A stretch of 64,000 nucleotides of DNA, from the NCBI RefSeq assembly GCF_009914755.1, contig NC_060936.1; one strand, 5' to 3'. The translations under genes and the position numbers were made by a program. The stretch is from the human T2T-CHM13v2.0 reference genome, Homo sapiens. Shown here in pieces: positions 28,107 to 44,100 of the stretch; position 1 is the stretch's first letter; each line of letters starts with the position of its first letter. The notes under the pieces were generated by a model that made no database searches, was not told the origin of the DNA, and saw only the letters and a program-made list of their open reading frames with translations.

Positions 28107-30608
28107 CTGAAAAATTTCACATTTGTATTTCATCAAAATGGAAAACACTACCAAAATCATAAAGAACTTAATTTTGAAGCATTTAACCATTGATGTTATT
28201 ACTTAGAAAAGAATGCAGAATTGGCTGTTAATATTGAATAAACGTTTTAAAAGGTGAAAAAGAGAATGGAATGATTTATTTGCAGTTGAAATCATCTTTG
28301 CAAATTTTGGGAATCTACTGAAGTAAATAATCCAAAATGTAGAGTGAGCAAACAACTTTTTAAATATTTTTAAAAAATTTTTAAAAAGAAAAGAATATTT
28401 GCAGGAAGTATGAAGTGTTTTAACACATTAGCATGGGTAGCAGGAAAGAGATTAAATGTGTTGATTGGTAATAGAAAAGCTAATAAGAGAAAAAAATGGC
28501 ACAGAACTCTACAAATCTATGAAGTTTCTTTACTTTTTTAAGGTTTAAAGCAGTATACAAATATTCAATTATCACATGACATGAGTAAAAAATAAGTGGT
28601 CAGAATAATGTCTGGCATTTAATATATGTTAAATAAAATAAAACGAGTTTATAATATAAGAATTACTGCCGTCACTGAATAATTTTGTAACATTTCCGCA
28701 ATAGGAAATGTATTGCAAATCAGGATATATTTAGTTCTATGTAAAGAATAACATGCAACTCAAATGTGCTGTTGAAAGATGAAGGTATGAACTGGCTGGA
28801 CACCAAAGACAGCAATAATTATCATATATGCAGTCCTCTAAAAATAATATAGGATAAGAAACTCAAAATAAATATTCATTACAACAATCCATACTTCACC
28901 ACCAATCATGTTAGTTTTTCATTTACTTATTTTTTAGCTTAACATAATCCCATGATTTTGCTATTATTACCCTTCAATTTGGTTGTAAATTTATCTGCTT
29001 TCCTAGAACTCTTCCTTTCACAAAAAAAAGATTTTTTCATAGATAATCAGTTTCTTACTGTAAAGCTTTTGCATTTAGAAATGTCTTAATATAGAATAAA
29101 CAGACTTCATTAGCTCCTAGTTTAGCTCTTCCCTGCTATGTCATCTTTTATTCTTAGGAGTTAAAAACTTGAACATCTTCTTAGCATTTAAGGTAGATGT
29201 CCTAACAACTAGAATGTTTTTGTTGTGCTTTAAGAGAAATGGAAGTTAAACTGAGGAATCCAAATAAGCTGGGGAAAAGCCAAAAGATGAAGAAGTTCAT
29301 TAGCCAATACTTTTTAATAAAAAGGAAAGATTTGCTCTCTTTCTGACCACACCATCAAAAGGTCTTGCTTCGGCAAGGTCCCTCCAGAAAACGAGCTTTT
29401 TCCTTACAATGAAGACTAAAATCAAGCAAGGAAAAAAATTAAAAAGAACAAAAAAATTATTTCTCTGTAGAGAAATTATTTCCTCTGTAGAGTGTGAGGG
29501 AATTACTGGTTTCCTTAAGATTCTACAATTCATGCTTGCATGTTCAGTTTTTTAGTGGATCATCATCTTATTATATGTTTCTCTTTTGTCAGGATAAGTT
29601 TAAGGGAAACGCATTTCTTTCATGGACATCCTACAGTAGGATTTATTAGTATTTTCAATTTGCCAAATTACACAATTCCAATATTTTCATTTTTAGCACT
29701 ATGCAGATATTTGGAACACATTATTGAGTCCATTACCAACCAAACTTTATGTTTCATGCTTAAAGGTATATACATTTTAAACTGAACATTTTAGTCACAT
29801 AAGAGATTTGTAAAAATATGTATCAAATATGATTAGAGACCAAGCTCAAATATTCCCGTAAGCAGGCAACACCTACAAAACTCAAAGTAAATGGTTAATA
29901 TTATGGAAACATGCTGCTGGTTGATGGTTTGTGTCTAGACTCATTCAAGCTAATTCTGGGTTCTCTAAAAGTTTAAAGATAGAATAAGGCAGCATGGGCC
30001 CAAGCTTGATACAGGTTCCCTGTGTTTGGAAATACAAGAAGCTGCATACAGCCACCCAATCTAGCCATCCTGAAGAATGAAAATCATTCTGCAACATATT
30101 TTGCAAAACATGGTCAGGGACTGAGGCAACAATAAACGTAAATGGAGATATAACAGAAAATCTAGTAATTACTACCAACATTTTGTGTTTATTATTAAGA
30201 ACTCTCCTTAGTTTGTTATTTTCACATATTTCAGATGAGAAAATAAAATACTAACATTTGCATTAATATAAGCTGTGTGGTCTTCTGCAAATTATTCATC
30301 CTCATCTATAAAATTAGAATAAGAGTTGTTCAGATATAGTATCTCATAGGAAGCATTCAAATACCTTAACTATCGGGGAGGAGCCAAGATGGCCGAATAG
30401 GAACAGCTCCGGTCTACAGCTCCCAGCGTGAGCGACGCAGAAGACGGGTGATTTCTGCATTTCCATCTGAGGTACTGGGTTCATCTCACTAGGGAGTGCC
30501 AGACAGTGGGCGCAGGCCAGTGGGTGCACGCACCCTGCGAGAGCCGAAGCAGGGCGAGGCATTGCCTCACCTGGGAAGCGCAAGGGGTCAGGGAGTTCCC
30601 TTTCCGAG

Positions 30609-30824
30609 TCAAAGAAAGGGGTGACGGACGCACCTGGAAAATCGGGTCGCTCCCACCCGAATATTGCGCTTTTCAGACCGGCTTAAAACACGGCGCACCA
30701 CGGGACTATATCCCACACCTGGCTCGGAGGGTCCTACGCCCACGGAGTCTCGCTGATTGCTAGCACAGCAGTCTGAGATCAAACTGCAAGGCGGCAGCGA
30801 GGCTGGGGGAGGGGCGCCCGCCAT
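30609..30824 (-). CDS. L1 ORF0 (antisense, 71 aa), intact
   Basis: MAGAPPPASLPPCSLISDCCASNQRDSVGVGPSEPGVGYSPVVRRVLSRSEKRNIRVGATRFSRCVRHPFL*; internal donors after nt 106 (30719) and nt 191 (30634). Confidence 0.85.
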   Translation of the reverse strand: MAGAPPPASLPPCSLISDCCASNQRDSVGVGPSEPGVGYSPVVRRVLSRSEKRNIRVGATRFSRCVRHPFL

Positions 30825-31279
30825 TGCCCAGGCTTGCTTAGGTAAACGAAGCAGCCAGGAAGCTCGAACTGGGTGGAGCCCACCACAGCTCAAGGAGGCC
30901 TGCCTGCCTCTGTAGGCTCCACCTCTGGGGGCAGGGCACAGACAAACAAAAAGACAGCAGTAACCTCTGCAGACTTAAATGTCCCTGTCTGACAGCTTTG
31001 AAGAGAGCAGTGGTTCTCCCAGCACGCAGCTGGAGATCTGAGAACAGGCAGACTGCCTCCTCAAGTGGGTCCCTGACCCCTGACCCCCGAGCAGCCTAAC
31101 TGGGAGGCACCCCCCAGCAGGGGCACACTGACACCTCACATGGCAGGGTATTCCAACAGACCTGCAGCTGAGGGTCCTGTCTGTTAGAAGGAAAACTAAC
31201 AAACAGAAAGGACATCCACACCGAAAACCCATCTGTACATCACCATCATCAAAGACCAAAAGTAGATAAAACCACAAAG

Positions 31280-32296
31280 ATGGGGAAAAAACAGAACAGA
31301 AAAACTGGAAACTCTAAAACGCAGAGCGCCTCTCCTCCTCCAAAGGAACGCAGTTCCTCACCAGCAACGGAACAAAGCTGGATGGAGAATGACTTTGACG
31401 AGCTGAGAGAAGAAGGCTTCAGAAAATCAAATTACTCTGAGCTACGGGAGGACATTCAAACCAAAGGCAGAGAAGTTGAAAACTTTGAAAAAAATTTAGA
31501 AGAACGTATAACTAGAATAACCAATACAGAGAAGTGCTTAAAGGAGCTGATGGAGCTGAAAACCAAGGCTCGAGAACTACGTGAAGAATGCAGAAGCCTC
31601 AGGAGCCGATGCGATCAACTGGAAGAAAGGGTATCAGTGATGGAAGATGAAATGAATGAAATGAAGTGAGAAGGGAAGTTTACAGAAAAAAGAATGAAAA
31701 GAAATGAGCAAAGCCTCCAAGAAATATGGGACTATGTGAAAAGACCAAATCTACGTCTGATTGGTGTACCTGAAAGTGATGCGGAGAATGGAACCAAGTT
31801 GGAAAACACTCTGCAGGATATTATCCAGGAGAACTTCCCCAATCTAGCAAGGCAGGCCAACGTTCAGATTCAGGAAATACAGAGAACGCCACAAAGATAC
31901 TCCTCGAGAAGAGCAACTCCAAGACACATAATTGTCAGATTCACCAAAGTTGAAATGAAGGAAAAAATGTGAAGGGCAGCCAGAGAGAAAGGTCGGGTTA
32001 CCCTCAAAGGGAAGCCCATCAGACTAACAGCGGATCTCTCGGCAGAAACCCTACAAGCCAGAAGAGAGTGGGGGCCAATATTCAACATTCTTAAAGAAAA
32101 GAATTTTCAAGCCAGAATTTCATATCCAGCCAAACTAAGCTTCATAAGTGAAGGAGAAATAAAATACTTTACAAACAAGCAAATGCTGAGAGATTTTGTC
32201 ACCACCAAGCCTGCCCTAAAAGAGCTCCTGAAGGAAGCGCTAAACATGGAAAGGAACAACCGGTACCAGCCACTGCAAAATCATGCCAAAATGTAA
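31280..32296 (+). pseudogene. L1 ORF1p, disrupted
   Basis: MGKKQNRKTGNSK start, 1017 nt; premature TGA at 31667-31669 and 31970-31972. Confidence 0.93.
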
Positions 32297-32335
32297 AGAC
32301 CATCGAGACTAGGAAGAAACTGCATCAACTAATGA

Positions 32336-36191
<3,856 letters not shown>

Positions 36192-36409
36192 ACAATGAGA
36201 TCAGCTGGACACATGAAGGGGAATACCACACTCTGGGGACTGTGGTGGGGTGGGTGGAGGGGGGAGGGATAGCATTGGGAGATATACCTAAGGCTAGATG
36301 ACGAGTTAGTGGGTGCAGCACACCAGCATGGCACATGTATACATATGTAACTAACCTGCACAATGTGCACATGTACCCTAAAACTTAAAGTATAAAAAAA
36401 AAAAAAAAA

Positions 36410-36470
36410 GTGTCAGACATGATACAAGATGATTTAAATAAAAGACCTCTAAATAAAAAAAAAAAAAAAA
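36410..36470 (+). other. L1 3' transduction (45 bp plus second poly-A)
   Basis: Non-L1 sequence between two poly-A tracts, AATAAA at 36437-36442, inside the TSD pair. Confidence 0.88.
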
Positions 36471-38249
36471 CAATTACCTTAACTATCGTTATAATCATTA
36501 CTCTTGACTTAAGGGATAATAATGCTTTCATCATCACATTATACGTTTCTAAATGTCATTATAATTTATGTACACAGGAGTGGCAGAAAGCTATAAAACC
36601 ATAATTGGGGACTAGAAGACCAACAATTTCTATAGGAATAGTCCAGAATGTCTAGCATTCAAGCACTAAAAAAATAGTAAGAAATGACAGATACTCAGTA
36701 AAAGTTCATACTACTTAAGTTTAAAGATGGGACAACAGGGTATAGATAATGCAAGAAATATATTCAGTAGATTCTTATTAAGTGATCTCATAAAATACTC
36801 TTAACAAACCCAGAGAATAGTTTGTAGGGAGGAAGAAATTCAGTCTGTTGTAAAAATTAGAGCAACAAGTGCCTATTTCTACAAGTGTGGAAGACTGGCA
36901 TTTCCAAAGAACCCCTTAACATAAAGAAACTAGATATTTAATAAAAACTAGGTTTTAATGAAAGCCTAGCTCACATGACTAGTGAGGACTATCAAGTCCA
37001 AACCTCAGTGATTTAGCACACATATGCACTCTCTCTCTCTTCTTTGTCTCTTTCTTTCTCTCTCTCTCTCTCAATACACAAGCATGCAGGCATATGTACA
37101 CACATATACACACATTCATACTTTTCAAATTCTAGGCGGTAAGCAATGAATAATAAGGATAGATGCTATTCTGAGGGCAAATACTGATAAAAGTAATATG
37201 GTCCAAAGAGTAAGAGCTTGCTAGAGGAAGCTTCAAGGTGCATGTGGATGTTGAGTTTTCTTCATTAAGCCAGGGACTCAAGTTATGAACACCCTTTGGA
37301 CTCCAACAAGAAATAAAAATCTCTAGAAGAAAGCACACACTTTTTGAGCCAGCAATTTTTCAACCCCATGGCTTAATATTAAATAAATATAAGCTCAAAA
37401 TCAAAGACCATCAAACAAACAAATAAATAAGAGAACATACGTAAAAGAAGAAATAAGATGTATGGCTATCATGTATTTCAGATATGTGAATTTTCAGATA
37501 CGTAATATAAAATTATTCCACATAAGATGTTTAAGAAAATGAAATTCAATTAAAAACATGCACAAATATTTTTTAAATGTAAACAAAACGAACAGGTAGA
37601 TTTTTAATAAGAACTAAGTAGTATCTTTTACATTGAAAAATATATATATTTTAAAATGTAAAATGTGAAGGATGGGTGAAATACCAGATTAGACATAGCT
37701 AAAGAGAGAGCCAAATATACTAATTTATATTAGTAAAATGGAAATTAGAGCTGCTTGAATGAAGCACGAAGAGAAAAAAAATGAAAGCACAGACAGCAGA
37801 ATGAGAAGATCTAATACAGATGTAGTAGAATCCCACGGTGAAAACAGATAAAATAATAGGATAAAATTTGAAAGAAAAAAATGAAAATTTTCCAAAATTG
37901 CTGGAAGATAAACAGTAGATATAGGACTCATGACATAGCCCAAGCAGGATAAATAAAAAGAAACATACCTATATTAGGATGAAGTTTTAATGAAACTGCT
38001 TTATATTCAAGACAAAGAGAGGATCTTATAAAAGACAGATCACCAAAAAATCTACAACTAAACCCACTACAGATTTCTCAATAGCAAAAGGCAGGCACAA
38101 CACAATCATATATTCAAGATATTGAGAGAAAATAACTGTCAACCTAGAATCGGTAACTAGAAAAATATATTTTGAAAATAAGAGTATTTGCCTGTTAAAT
38201 CAGGAAAAAACTGAAACCTATGAGTTATTTTAGTAAATTACTGAATTAG

Positions 38250-38495
38250 AAAGAGTGGGTTGTGAGAATCCCTGACTTTGCAGCTAACTCAGACAGATGT
38301 GTAGGTACCCTGGGCACCTCATACTTGCAACTGGTGCCTGAAGTAAGGACGGTTTTATAGGACTGAGCACTTAAACCTGCGGAGTCTGGCACAAACTCAG
38401 GGTAGTTAAGTATCAGAAATGAACTGAATTGTAGAGTATTTAGTGTCTGGAGAGTTGAAGAACTGGTTGTTGATGTGGAAAGAACCCATACATTT
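38250..38495 (+). mobile_element. LTR fragment, MER21-like, in an old L1M
   Basis: cttgcaactggtgcctgaagt...actgagcacttaaacctgcggagtctg...gaactgaattgtag resembles MER21 3' part. Confidence 0.55.
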
Positions 38496-39778
38496 ATTAT
38501 GAGTGACAACAGCTCAGACACACCAACTCTATTTTTTCTTTAAAAAGCATTATCAGAGATAAAGAGAGTCACTACACAGTTGTAAAAGGTTCTATTCACT
38601 AAACTATGTATCTAATAAGTTAGCCTTAAGCTAGACGAGGTAACTAATTGTAAAATTATATGAAGAAAGTGATAGAGATATACTTCATGTTTCAATTAGT
38701 AATGTAGTTAGTAAATAAATAGTTGATTTGAACTACACAATTAGCAAATTTGATTTAATAGACAAATACAGAACTCAAAGAATATACATTCTTTTAAAGT
38801 ATACATGGAGTATTTTCTTAAATTGGCTACATAATAGATCATAAAGGAAATATCAAGATTGCAAAGAATATCAATAGATCACATTCTCTAACTGCAATAA
38901 AATTAAGTTGTAAGTCAATAAATAAAAATAACAAGTCTCCACACATTCATAAATATTTAAATGCATTTTTATGTAATTCATGAAGCAGCAAATAAATCAT
39001 GATGGAATTTAAATATGATTTACATACATTTAGAATTTTTAATGACATGGAAAATACCAATAAAAACTTATGGGACACAAAAAAGTGATACCTTAAAGTA
39101 AATTGATAGTCTCAAATAATAAAATTAGAAAAGAAGAAATCCTGGACATTAATCAGTTAAGCAATCAACTTACAAATAGAACAGCAGGAGTAAATTGAAA
39201 AACAAAGCTACAAGAAAGACAACAAAGAGCAGACATTCATGAAATAAAAATAAGACACAAAAAGCAAATAGTTGGTTCATTAAAAAGACAAATAAACAAT
39301 ATTTCAGTGAATTGACCTATTAAAAAAGAGAGGCACAAACAATATCAGAAATAAATTGAGACACAACTAGAGTGAGAAAGCTTAAAACAATAAGAAAATG
39401 CTATGAAAATCATTTAAGCTAATAAATGTTACTAGTAAAAGAAATAGTCAAATATCTAGAAAGAATAACTTTTCAAATATATTTAAGAAGACATAAATAA
39501 AATCTGATTTCCACTGGAGAAACTCCATAAATGGTTAACCTTCCGCAAAGTAAATCTTCTAGACTTGGGGAAAAAATAATACACCTTAACTCATTTTATA
39601 AGGTGAATGAAACCTTATAATCAAAATTAGAAAACTACACTAAAAGAGAGGAAAATTACAGGCCATCTTCACTCCTGAAAATATATGCATGAAATTAGCA
39701 AGTAGAATCTAGCAGTGTGTGGGGGGTAAAGAAGGAAGAGTCTTGTTCAAGGCTGGTTTACTGTTAGAAAAATCTATG

Positions 39779-40510
39779 CTGCAATAAACATGGAAGTGCA
39801 ACTGTTTCTTCATCATACTGATTTCAGTTCCTTTCGATATATACCCAGGAGTGGGATTGCTATATCATATGGTAGTTCTATTTTCAGCTTTTTGAGAAAT
39901 CTTCATACTATTTTCCATAATGGCTGTAGTAATTTACTTTACAGTATACAACATAAGTATACATCAATGCATAAGTAGATAAAGAAAATGTGGTATATAT
40001 ACATAATGGAACACAATTCAGCCTTTAAAGAAGAAGAACATTCTGTCATTTGCAACAGCATGGATGAATCTGTAGGACATTACGCTCAGTGAAATAAGCC
40101 AGGCATAGAAAGACAAATATCACATGATCTCATTTACATGGAATCTAAAAAAGTCGAACTCTGATAAGTAGAGAGAAGAATGGTGGTTTCCACATGCTGA
40201 GGGAGTGTGGGCAGATATTAGAGGTAGGGAATGGGGAAGTTCTTAGTCAAAGGGTACATAGTTTCAGTTAGACAGGAGAAATACGTTTTTGAGATCTATT
40301 GCACAGGAGGGTGACTATAGTTATAATAATGTATTATAATAACTAAGAAAGTATGTTTCAGATGTCTCACCAAAAAAAAGAATAAGATAATAGGTTTGTT
40401 AATTAGCTTGATTTAATCATTCCACATTGCCTACGTATATCAAAACACTACATTTTACCCCCAAAAATGTATATAATTATGATTTGTCAACTAAAAATAA
40501 TATTAATTTT
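39779..40510. mobile_element. L1MA with 5' inversion (twin priming)
   Basis: Inverted piece ~39779-39940, sense 3' piece ~39945-40510; perfect 11-bp TSD aaaaatctatg at 39768-39778 and 40511-40521. Confidence 0.85.
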
Positions 40511-40537
40511 AAAAATCTATGGAATTCACCAGATTAA

Positions 40538-40668
40538 CCCATTTATACAGGAGGTTGCACATTTTTTGTGTGTGAAAAATCAGACCTTGGTGATGACCTT
40601 GAGCAGTAGGATATAAATAACTTCCACAAGCTTAGCGTTCCAATAATGGAACACTAGGCCTAAATGGG
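40538..40668 (-). mobile_element. MER85 (non-autonomous piggyBac/PGBD3 element)
   Basis: TTAA TSDs at 40534 and 40669; CCCATTTA...TAAATGGG terminal inverted repeats; palindrome GTTCCAATAATGGAAC at 40637-40652. Confidence 0.92.
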
Positions 40669-41140
40669 TTAAGATGAAATAATCATATGATCATTTCACT
40701 ATCTGCAGAAAAAACACTTAAGAAAATAAAACATGTATCATTTTTTAAAAGACTCAGAAAACAAGGATAATAAATTTATCTGCTAAGAACCTACAGCAAA
40801 TATTTTTCTTAATGGTGCAACCTTAAAGTATTCCTTTTAAAATCCAGAAACGTCTCTTCATCATTCTATAAGAGATTTTTATCTTGCAGTAAGACAAGAA
40901 AAGAGTTATAAGGATTAAAGAAGAGGAAATATATTGCCATAATTCACAAATATAATTATTCACATAACAATCAAAAAGAATCTACAAGTGAAACTATGAG
41001 AATTAATTAAAGTGATGAATCAGGTGGCTGCATTTAAAAATCAACAAGCCAAATAATCTGTTGCATTTCTATGGACCGGCATCATAAAACATTTACTTTA
41101 ACAATAGAAAATAAAAGTCATTTTTTTGTTTTATTTTTTT

Positions 41141-44100
41141 TCTCCAAGATGGCTAACTGGAGGTATTTTTGGCATGCCTCTCCCACCCGGAAAGACAAAA
41201 TAGCGTGTGGAACTCACACTGTGAACTTTTTTCCAAGAAGCAACACAGGAACTTAACCGAAAAATGGAAAGAAACCACAGACCCTTTGAAGGAAGCAATG
41301 GGCAACAGCCTACATCATGAACCAGACGGAAAATGGAGCCTCCCAAGGGTGAATTGGGGAGAGCCTGCCACGGTGACACACACTCCCACTGGGAAGCCAG
41401 GAAATCCAGGCCATGGGGAGAAGGCGTTAACCCTACCCAGTGCTGCAGCTGATTTAGTGAGCAGCGGGGAATATATGAGAAGGAACGGCATCAGTGTGTA
41501 CTCCCAGTCTCCAGCAGGGATGGAAGAAAGCCATTTCTGATCCATTCTCACAACGAACCTCGCAAAAGTTGGCCAGCTAATTCAGGCAGTGGTCACAGGT
41601 TGAGAGAAGCTCCCAAATGAGGTTTGCAATATAATCTCAAGTGGGAACGAACCTCGTTGGCCAGACCAGAGGAGCGAGCCTGAAGTGTGTTGTCACCACG
41701 GGGGCAGGAGCTGGACACCTTTGCTTCATGGGCAGACAGGAAAGGGTGTGGCGTGAAAGTCACTCCATCTCCATAGGGAAGGCTTATAGTCTGGGGAAGT
41801 TTCGAGTTCTGAAACAAGCTGCCTGAAACCCAGTTAGCTGCTGTTAGCAGATCACTGTGGGTGTAAGACTTGCCTTGCAAGAGTGTGGGAGCTGAGTGGG
41901 GCTTACTGCCACCTCCCAGTGTAGATTCTTTTGTGTAGCAGAGGCAGCTGTGCTCCTCCCCGGAACATTACTCCAGCAGCCAGGGAGCTGCCTTCTGCTT
42001 CCCACTGGGGCTGCTGCTTGTGCCTACATGTGGAGAGCCAGAGCACAGACTTGCCTGACCCATCCCCAACCTAGCTTTACCCCTCCACCTGCCCTGGTAG
42101 CATAACACAAAAGACAAGGACACTTGGGAGTTCCATGGCTCCACCCATTGCCTGAGACATCAGAGTACCTCCCCTGGGTAACATAAGGCAAGCACAAATT
42201 CCACTGCTACCACCATAACTGCTGTACTTTTGAAAGCACCATCTCCTGGCTGGTGTGCAACTGAACAGCCAGTTACAACATCTGTAGGTCAGATAACAGA
42301 TTGTATCTCCTTCCTGGCTCAGGAAGGAGAAAACCTTTGCACAACCTCAGCTGTCACCACTGCCTGCATCAGCCTGGCTAACCAGGAGATCTTGAGTCTG
42401 TCCATGAGCCAGTATATCACTAGTACAGCTGACATTTGAGAAAGCCAACACACTAAGGCTACTTATAATGAAAGAAATCTCAGAGTCTACGTCACTCCTC
42501 TTCCACCTCCATCAGAGCTGGTACTGGTACCTGCTACTGGGAAACTAGAGGACAGGTCACATCTCTGGATTCCTTGCAGACATTCCCCAGCACCAACCTG
42601 GGGTGTGGCAGCCTCACTGGGCAGCTAGACCCAAAGAAGCAGCAAGATTCACGGTAGCCTGGCTCTCAGGGACTGCTAATTCTAGGGGGAAGGGGAGTGT
42701 TCCATATTAAGGAAGCACCCTGTGGGACAAAAGAAACCAGACTGGAGGCCATGAGCCCCTGAATTTTCCACCTGTGGGGAGTTTCAGCAGAGGCATAGGT
42801 ACAGTACTGAGCTCAAGAGTCAGGCAGCCCTGGTGCTCATGAAGGGTCTTAGAGAAGGGTACTTCTCCCCCTCACCATCTGTGGACAGCCTTACTGGAGT
42901 ACTTCAGGGTGACAACATCCCCACAGGAGGAGCACCCTCCAGGTCCAGGCTTGCACAAGAGGTAGAGTCACAACCCCTCTCTAAATGGAACATCAGCATT
43001 CCTAAAAATGAAATGAGGTGTTTGTCTGATCTGAATAACCAGAACATTGGGTTGGGAATGTGACTGGGTGGTGGATCGCTTTCCTGCTGGCTTGGAAGGA
43101 GAGTCACGGTGGCTCCTTCTCTTCCCCTTGAAAAGTCCTCAGTGCAGCTTCCCCAGCCTGCTCTGTCAAGGCTGAGATGTCTGCCCAACACTGGGGTATT
43201 GCATTTACTCACCTGCTTTAGCCGCAGCCAGTTTTTACCCATGGGTACCGCTTACTGGCCTGAAGCATGAACTATTCAATCCAGTGAATAAAGTAATTGG
43301 GATAAAACACTTTTTAAAGTGCACACCATGGGGCAACAAGATAAGTGTCATGAGACCTCTTCCATTCCAGCCACACAGGAGACAGTGAACCCATAGACCC
43401 ACCACATCACTACGACTACCAGCATCTGAGAAACCCATTGCATGAAGATTTTCTATAATCAAGGAACTCATACTGAGTCCACCACTGAAAGCAGCCAGAA
43501 CCAAAGCTAGGTGACAATAAACTATAAACATTAAAAGCACATCCTCAAGGGGGAAAAATGAAATTCTTAAAAAAACCCAGTTGAATCAAAAATAAATACA
43601 AAAATAATTAGAAGACATAGTCTACCCAAATGAGAAGGAACCAGAAAAATAATTCTGGCAATATTAAAAACAGGGTTCTGTGACATCCCCAAAAGATTAT
43701 ACTAACTCTCCAGAAGTGGGTGTAAGCCAAAATGAAATCTTTGAAATACCAGATAAAGAATCCAAAAGGTTGATTATTAAGTAACTCAAGGAGATACAAT
43801 AGAGAGGTGAAAAACAAATAGGATTTTTAAAGAATTCAGGATATAAATTAAAAATGTTCTAAAGAGATATTTTAAATAAAAAAACAATCAGAACTTCTGG
43901 AAATGAAAGACACATTTACGAAACTAGAAAATGCAGTGCAAATTTTAACAATAGACTAGAAGGAGTCTAACAACAGACTAGAAGAGATAATTTCAGAGCT
44001 CAAAGACAAGACTTTCAAATTAACCCAATCAGACAATTTTTTTAAAAAAGAATGAAAAGAAATGAACAAAGTCTCCAAGAAATATGAGATTATGTAAAAT

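Noticed and set aside
36235-36270. G-quadruplex-like G-rich tract
   Set aside because: Standard L1PA 3'UTR feature, not specific to this locus
41071-43540. Cluster of ORFs in GC-richer DNA suggesting a gene or CpG island
   Set aside because: Lies in the 5'UTR of the L1PB-type element; CpG-poor and no recognisable protein
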